Source of the DNA: Nitrospirota bacterium | GTDB lineage: Bacteria; Nitrospirota; JACRHJ01 | Length of the DNA: 64,000 nucleotides | Direction: 5' to 3' | NCBI GenBank assembly: GCA_963733375.1 | Contig: CAVTDB010000003.1 | Coordinates: 224,001 to 288,000, forward strand | Shown here: positions 55,360 through 64,000 of the stretch, piece after piece | Position numbering within the stretch: position 1 is the stretch's first letter | Layout: every line of letters begins with the position of its first letter | The notes under the pieces: model-generated | Databases searched by the model: none | Told to the model about the DNA's origin: nothing | The model's input: only the letters and a program-made list of their open reading frames with translations | Translations under genes and position numbers: made by a program

Positions 55360-56915
55360 TTAAACTGTCGGCGCCGTCATCCTGTCCTTTGCCAGCGGCA
55401 GATAAATCGTAAAGGCGGTCCACTTCCCGGGTTCCGAGTCGACGGTAATCCCGCCTCCATGCTGTTCTATTATCTTCTGGGTTATGGCCAGGCCAAGGCC
55501 AGTCCCCTGCTGCCTCGTAGTGAAGAAGGGGTTGAATATCTTCACCATGTTCTCCGGCAGGATCCCTTTCCCGGAATCGGTTATCCTGATCGTTATGGCG
55601 TCGGTACGGGCATCCGATGCCATAAAAGGTTCTCCGTCTTCCGCGGGGCCTACTTTGTGCATTATCGGGGCGGCGATCGAACTGATGCTCGTCTCCACCC
55701 GTAACTCTCCCCCTCCCGGCATGGCCTGGACGCCGTTCAGGATTATATTCAGAAAAACCTGCTGGAGGAGTTCCGGGTCGCCCAAAACTTCCGAGACTTC
55801 CGGCAGAATAGTCCTTGCGCACGGTGACCTGGTTCTTCGAGAACTGCGGAGAGAGGAAGGCGATTATCTTCTCCAGGAGCGCGTTTATCCTTACCTCGGT
55901 CAGGTTCGGCGCGGGCGGACGGGCGAAGGAGAGCAGGTTTTTAACTGCCTTGTCCAGCCGGTCTATCTGCTCCAGGACCTCTTTTATTATTTTGTGCCTG
56001 TCGTCTTCCGGCGGGATGCCCCTGCCGAGGATCTGTATCACCCCCGCTATCCCGGTGAGAGGGTTCTTTATCTCGTGCGCTATGCCCGCCGCCATCTCGC
56101 CGACGGTAGCCAGCCTGTCCGCCCTCTTCATCTGCTCGTAGTGGAGCTTCTCCACTTTTTTCTTTGTCTTGTTCAGTTTTATAAGCATCGAGTTAAAGCT
56201 ATGGGCAAGCCTCCCAAGCTCGTCTTCGGATATCACCTTCGCCCGGACGTCAAGACCCTCCTCGGCCTTCGCCATCGTATTCGTCAGGTCTCTTATGGGA
56301 TTCGTGACTAATTTGGAAAGGAGAGTGGACAACGCCAGCGCAAGGAGGGCCGTTATGGCCACCGCCCATATTATCATCGTCTTCCTGAGCCTTCCCACGT
56401 GCTGCTGCATCTCGGCCAGTGAGACGTCCACCTCCAGCACGCCGTTAATCCTTTGGCCGGCAGTATGGCAGCGGAAGCATTCCGGGTGATTTAATATGGG
56501 ACGGAGGTTCCGCAGGATTACATCCCCGAACTCGTTTTTATCCTGGATTATGATGTTCGACTGGTCCTCTATCTGCATGGCGGAGAAGTCGAGGTTCTCG
56601 CGTCATGCCTATCTCTGCCGCCCTTGACGACCGGAGTATGATGCCGCCGACGCCAAGGACCCTGATGGCGTGTATCTTGTTATGCGTCCCCACCATCTCC
56701 ACTATCCTCTGCACGTCCTGGCTGCGGCCTTCCAGCATGGCGGTACTGAGGGAGCGCTCGATAGTATTGGCGAGGATGGTAAGTTTATCCTCCGTCAGCT
56801 TCCTGAGCTCCATTATCTGAAGGTCGATAATAACCCAGGTGCCGAGGCCAATGGCTACGATGAGGATGGCGACCATGAAGACGATTATCTTCGTCCTAAG
56901 GCTCTTATAAAACAT
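55360..56915 (-). CDS. membrane sensor histidine kinase with HAMP domain and a periplasmic CxxCH motif (frameshifted)
   Basis: CFRCH in the periplasmic part, DELGRLA, AHEIKNPL, QQVFLNII.N and FFTT..GTGLGL. Confidence 0.88.
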
Positions 56916-56960
56916 TTAATACCCTCGTATAACTAAGGACATGTAAAAGAGTTCCATCAC

Positions 56961-57722
56961 TTAAAAGCCGCCCGCGCCCGCGCTGGAGCCGGTGTCGCCT
57001 CGGTCCGCTGGAGGTCGTTCCGCCGGCGGGGGCCGGTCCACCCGCTGGGGCCGGTCCGCGTCCGCCGGTCGGAATCACGACGTTTGCGCCGGGTGCGGGT
57101 GCGTTCGGGTCGTAATCGAACAGCCATTCGGAATAGCGCGCCTTGCGGCCCGCACCGGAAATATTTGTGAACTTTATATCCTCCAGGTCGAAGTTGTCCT
57201 TCTTCAGAGGTTCCGCATCGCTTACGCTGTGCACCCCCCCGATATGGTTCGCCAGACTCGACAGTGCCGCCCGCTGATGTTACTGCCGCCGGGCGGCGGC
57301 GGGGGATCCAGCGCCCAGTCGGCCTTTCCCGGTCATGGGGTCGGTATATATCTTCCTCAGGTACCTTATCGTGTTCCAAGCTCCGGGGTCTTCAGGAGGT
57401 CGCCCAGGTGAGGTCGGATAATGGTTCGCGTTCCGGGCCTGTGGCCGGCCGCAGCCTGACCCTTCTGCCTGGCCTGATAATATCGGTTTATCGCCAGGCG
57501 GAACTGATGCCCGCGCCAGAGCAGTTCCTTCTCTTTCTCCCTTTTCGCGGCAATCTTCCAGGACTGCCCCACGACGGCTGAGGTTATCCCAATGATCATA
57601 ATGATCACCAGCATCCCCATATAAGTGAAACCGGCCCTGCCCGACAGGGGGCGAAATATGGATTTTATACCCGCCAGCCTCCTGCCCCCCGGCCCATTTT
57701 CCTGGCCCTTACCATTCCGCAT
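56961..57722 (-). CDS. type II secretion pseudopilin-like protein (frameshifted)
   Basis: GFTY.GML prepilin-like N-terminus, KREKEKELL..G, RYLRKIYRP and YSEWLF; Pro/Gly tail. Confidence 0.75.
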
Positions 57723-58109
57723 AAGCTCTTACCGTTCAGCCCTGTTTTGTCGCTCCCGCTGTGGACGTCGCAAATACCGCCGGAAGTCTCCCCGGAGGAA
57801 CTGTCGTCGCTCGTGAAATATTCAGGACGCCAGTCTTTCGTCCCGGTGATCGGGTCGGGCGGGATGGAACGCATGTAGCCTTTTGTCACAAGGTCGTCAA
57901 GCGAGTCCGGGTACTTCCCGTTGTCGGCGTAGTACTGGTCCAGGACGTTCCGGAGGTTGAAGAGGTCCTCCTTCAACGCGGCCTCCTTGGACTTCAGGAC
58001 GAGCCGTCTTGAACATGGGCTGGGCGAGCGTCGCGAGTATGCCTATTATCGCGATGACTATCATCAGCTCCAGCAGGGTAAAGCCTTTTTTTTCTTTTAA
58101 AACATTCAT
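57709..58109 (-). CDS. GspG-like pseudopilin (frameshifted)
   Basis: GFTLLELMIV; LDQYYAD.GKYP.SL..LV..GY.R.IP.DPIT. Confidence 0.85.
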
Positions 58110-58117
58110 CTTCACCT

Positions 58118-58643
58118 TTACCAGTCTTTGTATTTCGTCCCGTCCAGCGCGGTCCCGTCGGAAAGCGAGTAAACGTCGAACACGTCCTGTCCGCCCCATA
58201 CGGTGCTGTCCGGGTCGTCCGCGTTGCTCCTCATGCCCCATTCAGCTTTTCCGGTCATCGGGTCCACCGGGATTTTCCGCAGAAGCCTTATCTTCGCCGG
58301 AAGCTGCGGAACGCTGGAACCGGTGGTGGTTATCGCGACTGTGGCCACGGGCACAAGCGTCTGCAGCTTGGTCAGTTCTCCGAGGGTAGGAGGATACCCC
58401 GTAGGCGCTGCTTGCCCCCAGGTTGAATTCGGCATTCACCGTTGAAATCCTGCCGTCGTCATGGAGCTTCTTATATGCATCGATGGCGTCCCGCATCTCC
58501 CGGAGGTCAGCCCGGAGTTCCGCCTCTTTTGTGCGCTTTACGGATATGCGGTAAATCGGCATCGCCACCGACGCCAGAATCGACATCACGACCATCACGA
58601 CGACGAGTTCGGTCAGCGTGATGCCTTTTGTATTATTTAACAT
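58118..58643 (-). CDS. GspG-like pseudopilin (frameshifted)
   Basis: GITLTELVVV; L..MRDAIDAYK; LRKIPVDPMTG; DVFDVYS.S...ALDGT.Y.DW. Confidence 0.85.
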
Positions 58644-61252
58644 ACAACGTGCCCGTCTTCAGATCCGCGGGGACTGTAGCATGGTTTACATCTTTCAAGT
58701 CGTTCTGCTTGAAGACCAGCGGGCTGATGCCGGGGGCCACGCCCTTAAAGGTCAGCGAGAAAAGCCTTCCGGAGCCCGCTACCCCCGGGACGCCCCCCAC
58801 CCTGGTCAGCATGACGTCTATCAGCCCGATCTTTTCGTTAGCCGTAGCCATGAAGGAGGTCGGTTTCTTGTCCACGTTCATGTAATTGCCCTCTTCCGCC
58901 TTAACAAACTTTACGAGCTTCGGGTTATAGATAATCGAGAGCGGCGCCTCGAATACCGAGTCTAAATCCGTCGCCATCACGTCCACGGTTATCTCCTGGC
59001 CCACATTGACCGGGATGACCTCCGGCGCGAACGAGAGTGTGCCCACCCGGCCAATCTTGCCGGGCGTGGGCATGGCGGCCGCATTTTCGCCAGTCCCGGC
59101 TGGCGGGGTTACCGGCTGCGCTGGCTCCCGGCTGCAGCTGGCGCTCCCGGCTGTACTGGCGTTCCCGGCTGTGCTGGCGCTCCCGGCTGTGCTGGCGCTA
59201 CCGGCTGTACTGGTGCTCCCGGCGCGGGCGCTGCCCGGCTGCAGCGGGTTGAACGGTTGCGCCCGGAGCGGGCATTACCGCGACGGGCCCGGCCGGCGCC
59301 GCCGGAGCCGGCGCCTGCGCGGCTTCGCCTTCGGGCGCGGCTTCAGTTTCCGGAGTCGAGAGGTTTGCCTTTTTCTCCTCGAACAGCGGCTTCGTATCGT
59401 ACGCCTCTTCCGTCCCGGACCAGAAGGAAGTATCCTGTGTCCCCGGAACCTCCAGCGGCCGGATTATGTGCGGCGTGAGCGTCATTACCAGCTCGCGCTT
59501 GGAGTTCGGGCCGACGACATTGCTTGAGAATAGCTTGCCCAGGATGGGTACGTCCATCAGCCCCGCGATTCCGCTGGCCGATGTGCCGTCAACGTTCTCC
59601 AGCAGGCCGCCGATTATGACGGTCTCGCCGTCTTTCAGGCTCAGGGTGGTCTCGGCGGTGGTGGTGTTGAAGGTCGGCTCGCTCAGGCCGCCTACGCTTA
59701 TGCTGGCGCCCAGAGAACTGACTTCCAGCGTCGTCTTCAGCTTCACGTCGTCGCCAAGTCCTATATCCGGCTCGACGGTGAGCTTGATGCCGATGTCCTT
59801 GTACTCGAAGGTGCTGACCGCGCCCACTACCGCGCTCCCGACCGCCGTGCTGGTCTGGACGGGTATCCTGCTTGCCGATAAGTATCTTCGCGGGCTTGTT
59901 GTTCAGCGTCCTTATCTGCGGGTTGGTAAGGGTCTCGGCATTGGCCAGCTGTCTCACTCACATGGCAGTGGCACGAGGGATAGCTGAAGACGAGGTTCTT
60001 GCCAAAGCTGTGCAGAGCGTCTTTCAGTCCCGGTATATCGTTGCATTAGCGTCAGTGCCACCTAACCAGTTCGTTGTCACCGAAGTCGGTATCGAGGCGG
60101 CGTCGTGACGGTATTACCGTTGGTGTCCGTTGATGGTGGAACTCGCGGTTAAACTGCTCAGGCCGCCCGGCAAAATCGTGCCCGTAACCGACGTGGGCCA
60201 GGCAATCCCGTAGTCTGTCTCGTCCGGCCCCTTGTCCACGGACATCACCTTGAAACGTCTATGATGACCTCGGAGTCTTGCCGGTCGTTCGCCGCGATAA
60301 GCTTCTCGGCTAACTTCAGCTTGTCGGGGGTCTCCCGGAGCGTAATGGAATTCAGGGTTTCGTTTATTATTATCTTCCTCGTCTCCAGCATCGTGCGCAG
60401 GATGTTCACCATGTCCTTCGCCTGGATATGGGAGAGGTAGAAGGTCCTGATCATCAGGTCCTGGTACTGGTCCAGCTTCGACTTTGTCTTGGGTATTATT
60501 ATTATCGCGTCTTTTGCTATCTTTTTCATAAACATCTTGTTCGTGGCGAGCAGCAGGTTCAGCGCCTGCTTGAACGAGACATCCTTGGCGAAGACGGTAA
60601 CGGGCTGGTCCTTCACGTCTTCGTCGAACAGGATGCTTATGCCGGAAATCTTCGAGAGAAATTCAAAGACCTCCTTGAGCTTCGCGTCCTTAAACGATAG
60701 CGTAATCGGCTCGTTCGATGCCAGGTCGAGCTCGTCGATTTCCTCCGCTTGCGCCTTCTGCTTCGTTATCCTCTCCACATACTCCGCGGCGAGCTTGTTC
60801 TTCGGGTCCAGCTCAAGAGCTTTGTTAAACTGGTTCAGCGCCTCGTTGGGCCTTCCCGCGGCGAGGTAGCTTTTGCCCGATGCGAGGGTCTCCTCGACAT
60901 CCTTAAGCTTCCGGGCCTTTTCTATGAGAATGCGCGCCTTGTCGTTGTTCGGGTCGTAGATATTCGCCTGCTGGGCCTCGTATATCGCGGCTTCGGGGTT
61001 CTTCTCCTGCAGGTAACGGGCGGCCCGGTCGATATGGTTTAACGCCGCCTGGTTCTGGACCTTGGTCAGCCGGGTAAGATAATCGACATTTTCCGGGTCC
61101 TGCTGCAATGCCTGCCGGTAAAACGACACCGCCCGGTCCAGGTCTCCATTCAAGGCGGATTTTTCTCCCTTCTTGAAAGCGACGTCTCCGGCACAGCCCG
61201 CGAGGACTACGCATATGAGGAGCGCCGCGCAAAACCTGACGAGATTGAACAT
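58633..61252 (-). CDS. lipoprotein secretin (GspD/PulQ-like) with N-terminal TPRs and a C-terminal cohesin domain (frameshifted)
   Basis: ATG 61252 with lipobox LAGC; TPRs; STN/N domain; secretin core (NPQIRTLNN, LKDGETVIIGGL, VPILGKLF); cohesin-like YNPKLV..G.L..LTFK. Confidence 0.85.
59112..59240. repeat. 18-bp coding tandem repeat (about 7 units)
   Basis: CCGGCTGT(A/G)CTGG(C/T)G(C/T)T(C/A) units encoding PGAP(A/V)Q-type linker repeats on the minus strand. Confidence 0.85.
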
Positions 61253-61308
61253 GTTCCCCCTTTCAGGAATAAGGCTAAAATATCGTCCCATCCTTGTCGA
61301 AAAATTAT

Positions 61309-62135
61309 TCAAAGGATCAGGCAATGCCCCCTGCGCGCTGCCGGGCTGGGCGGCCATGCCCTGAGGTCTCGGCATGTTCCCGGACTGGCCATGCCCTGAG
61401 GTCTCGGCACGTTCCCGGGCTGGCACATAGTTCCCGCCCGGAGGCCCCGGCGGCCTTCCCCCGTACGGATTTGGATAGCGCTGCGGCATTCCGCCCCCTG
61501 CTCCCATCCCCCCAAATCCGGGAGAAGGGACGATTTTGGAAGAGGCATCCCTGGTGAAATCCGTGTTGAGTTTTACCGCGATGCCCGTCTTCCTGTCGGA
61601 TACGGTCAGCGAGTCCTTAGCCACGTCCGTGAGATAATATTGCTTCGTTATGTTATCCCCTTTGGCCACTACATAATTTTCCGGGCCCAGGGATAAAAAG
61701 ACGTCCATCCTCCCCTTCCTTTTCAGGAAACCCAGGACCTTGAGCTTATTCATCTCCTCGCGCGCGTTCTCCATGTCTATCTCCGCCTGAGACTTCGGCG
61801 GCGGAGGCGGCGGAAGCGCCTTAAGCGGAGTTACCGTAACCGTGTTCCCCCCTGCCCCTCGTTTTCGCGGCGCGTTTCGGCAGGGACGGCTTTTCATATA
61901 CCGGGTTGAATATGTTCTTCGACGCCAGGTAGCCCTCCTTCGGCTTCCCCAGCAGGTCAAGGTCCACTTTAATGGCCGTCTTCGGCATTCCCGCCCGGGC
62001 GGCTTTTTTGTCCGCGGCGCGGACGGGGGCCGGAGCGTTTTTCGCCGGGCCGGAAGACATCAATTTAGTAATAATCAATATCCCCGCCAGGACGGCCAGC
62101 ACTGCTATAAGTACAGTCGTTCTTTTATCTTTCAT
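61309..62135 (-). CDS. PilP/GspC-position inner-membrane protein with a Pro/Gly-rich tail (frameshifted)
   Basis: Single N-terminal TM, KNIF.P, PPPPP and LGFL...VFL. The ORF track fuses it to the secretin. 35-bp duplication at 61352-61421. Confidence 0.6.
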
Positions 62136-62689
62136 CAGGATCTCGCGTAGGTGGTAAGACCGAGGGTAACCGCTATCTCCCCCGTTCCCTCGTTACTGTC
62201 AAGGCCCAGATCGTCTATATTCAAAAACAAGGAAGAGCTCTCCATGTCGTGGATGAACTTCCTGACGTCTTTGTACCTTCCGGTGACGGGCATGGAGAAA
62301 GATATCTGCACTATGTCTTCCTCCTGGTTGTGCGCCACCTCTTTCTTCATGGCGGAGATGGTATCGCTTTTCACCCCGTCTTCCTTTGCCATTTTAAAGA
62401 CCTCCCTGAGTATCCCCGTATAATCGGATTTTGCCGGGAGCATCTTCTTGAAGGTCTCCAGCTGTTCTTTCCCGCGGCCGAACGAGGCGTAAAGCCGGTA
62501 CTGGTCCTGCTTTGCCTTCATGGACCGCCTGTTATCCTGAAGCCTTGTCTCCAGGCCGGACGCCTTGAGCGAGGCCGGCTTCGTCCTGAACAGGTAAAAG
62601 CCGCCATTCGCCAGAAGCAGGCCGGTCAGAAGCAGCGTCAGAAGCTGCGCCTTCCGGTTTTTTATCAAAAGTTCAACCAAAGCCTTCAC
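62135..62689 (-). CDS. PilO/GspM-like protein
   Basis: TM segment, coiled coil and the V.G.Y..VRKFI..ME ferredoxin-like motif. Confidence 0.8.
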   Translation of the reverse strand: MKALVELLIKNRKAQLLTLLLTGLLLANGGFYLFRTKPASLKASGLETRLQDNRRSMKAKQDQYRLYASFGRGKEQLETFKKMLPAKSDYTGILREVFKMAKEDGVKSDTISAMKKEVAHNQEEDIVQISFSMPVTGRYKDVRKFIHDMESSSLFLNIDDLGLDSNEGTGEIAVTLGLTTYARS

Positions 62690-63319
62690 TGCGCCCCTCC
62701 CTTAAGCTCCGTAGATTTGTAAGGGCTTTTTGAGGAGCGCGTCCCGTCCGGGTTATATTTTATTATCAGGTTGAATTTCTGCACCGTCATCCCGATATCC
62801 TTGTCCACCACCACTGAAGAGGTATGGAAGTCGGGCGGTATCTCCTCGAAGTATTTGGATTTCGTAAGCCGTTCCACGAACTCCATCAACTGGTTCGACG
62901 AAAGCGACGTGCCGGAGATATTCATTTCGAGCGTCTGAAAATCCGGCTTTACATCGGTTATCCCCACCCCGTCCGGCACTACCTCCTCAAGCCGGTTCAG
63001 GAACGCCGTCCACGAAAAGACTCTCCTGGCAATGGCGTTGTTGGCGAAATCCGCCTCCTTAAGCGCCGCTTTTACATCCGCCGTGCCGCCCACCTCTTTT
63101 TTAATCTGGGCCAGTTTCTGAGTCCATCTCGGAAGCTATCCTCTGCTGCAACGCCAGCTGCGCTGAAAAAGAGCGGACCTTCTGGACCGAATTCCTGTAC
63201 TCGCCGTAATTATAGGCGAAGAGCAGGACCGCCGCCGCGATTGCGACGGCAAGCGCCAGATAAGCCTTCCTTAACAGCTGGTATTCTCTTGAAGCGAAAT
63301 TTATTTCTATACGCATCAT
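62686..63319 (-). CDS. PilN-like protein (frameshifted)
   Basis: IEINFAS; SWT.FL.RLE.VVP.GV.IT; I.G......MEFVERL. Confidence 0.8.
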
Positions 63320-63320
63320 T

Positions 63321-63356
63321 TAATTTCTTTGGTAATTTCTTTGGTAATTTATCTGG
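63321..63356. repeat. 12-bp tandem repeat x3
   Basis: TAATTTCTTTGG TAATTTCTTTGG TAATTTATCTGG. Confidence 0.9.
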
Positions 63357-64000
63357 TTAGATCTCCGAGGCCGCGCCGCAGGCGGCCGAGAAACAGGCGG
63401 ACATGCCCGGAACGGCACCCTGCCGCACCGCGCTCTTCAGTGAAAGCATCCGCGCGTCTATCCCCGATTTCGCGCCGGCCTCCTCCGCCAGGCTCTCTAT
63501 CCCTCCGGCGTCCCCGGAGAGATATACGGTCTTGATGGACGAGGAGGAAAAGTTTTCCCTGTAATAGACAAGCGACGCGTTCAGTTCCCGGAGCACCCGG
63601 ATAATGTCCATGCGGCCGTTTTCCGAAGACTCATCCAGCTTCCCCAGGTCCTTCAGCCTCATAAAATGCGGAGAGCCTTCGTGGAATATTATTACCGAGA
63701 GCTTGCCGGCCGCCAGGTTCATGACGGCGAAATTGGCATCCTCGCCCAATTCCTTAAGGACATTGGCCCGGAAGAGGTTCCACACCGAAAAAGAGGCTAA
63801 TCCAAGCCGCTCCGCGTTAACGCCAGCCTCCGCGAGCGCCGCCCGGTACTGCGAGAGTATCTCCGTTTTTATTATCGAGGCAAGATAACGGTGCTGCTCC
63901 TTTTCGCTTGCCTGAAATTTCCCAAGGTACTGCCACCGAAGCGTCGCCAGGTCGATCTCGAACGGCAGTATTTTTTTCAGCCGCCACCGCAGCATCTGTT
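63357..64000 (-). CDS. PilM/GspL-like protein (C-terminal part)
   Basis: RW.LKK.LPF, Y...L..AG and EL..SL.YY actin-like fold motifs; lies upstream of pilN/pilO-like genes. Confidence 0.75.
   Translation of the reverse strand, partial: QMLRWRLKKILPFEIDLATLRWQYLGKFQASEKEQHRYLASIIKTEILSQYRAALAEAGVNAERLGLASFSVWNLFRANVLKELGEDANFAVMNLAAGKLSVIIFHEGSPHFMRLKDLGKLDESSENGRMDIIRVLRELNASLVYYRENFSSSSIKTVYLSGDAGGIESLAEEAGAKSGIDARMLSLKSAVRQGAVPGMSACFSAACGAASEI

Noticed and set aside
55022-61960. Apparent kinase-receiver hybrid (55022..56578) and PilP-secretin fusion (60245..61960) in the ORF track
   Set aside because: Frameshift read-through artefacts. Separate starts with an SD or lipobox exist at 55342 and 61252.

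Overview
Housekeeping and accessory region (~58% GC by eye) of a diderm bacterium. Gene content and order (recA-pilT-recX, radical SAM-hemE-hemH, secretin-cohesin T2SS, sigma54/NtrC control) suggest Nitrospirota or a Desulfobacterota-like lineage; this is inference only. Many genes are split by single-base indels, which most likely reflects an unpolished long-read assembly, so the coordinates below are reconstructed full-length genes. Contents in order: UbiA-type and TMTC-like genes; proC-yggS-pgeF; pgpA-cinA-thpR-recA-pilT-recX-tatA; citrate synthase; haem genes; a pentose-phosphate operon; a trehalose/glycogen cluster with a MalQ-TreY fusion; two NtrC/sigma54-type amtB-glnK units, the first led by an unknown outer-membrane protein; tpiA-secG; ABC components; thiF, a HydG-type radical SAM gene and thiS; rlmD; a lone cbiF; an AT-rich lipoprotein; a two-component system; a T2SS/T4P-like cluster. 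The most striking signals are non-coding. (1) A ~100-bp double-hairpin REPIN-like element occurs in 8 full copies plus 1 half copy. Its stems co-vary and it almost always sits directly behind a TAA stop codon. (2) An exact 36-bp TTTAC-tagged mini-hairpin is inserted into CGTC-type REPs and into itself. No tRNA, rRNA, CRISPR array or transposase gene was found.
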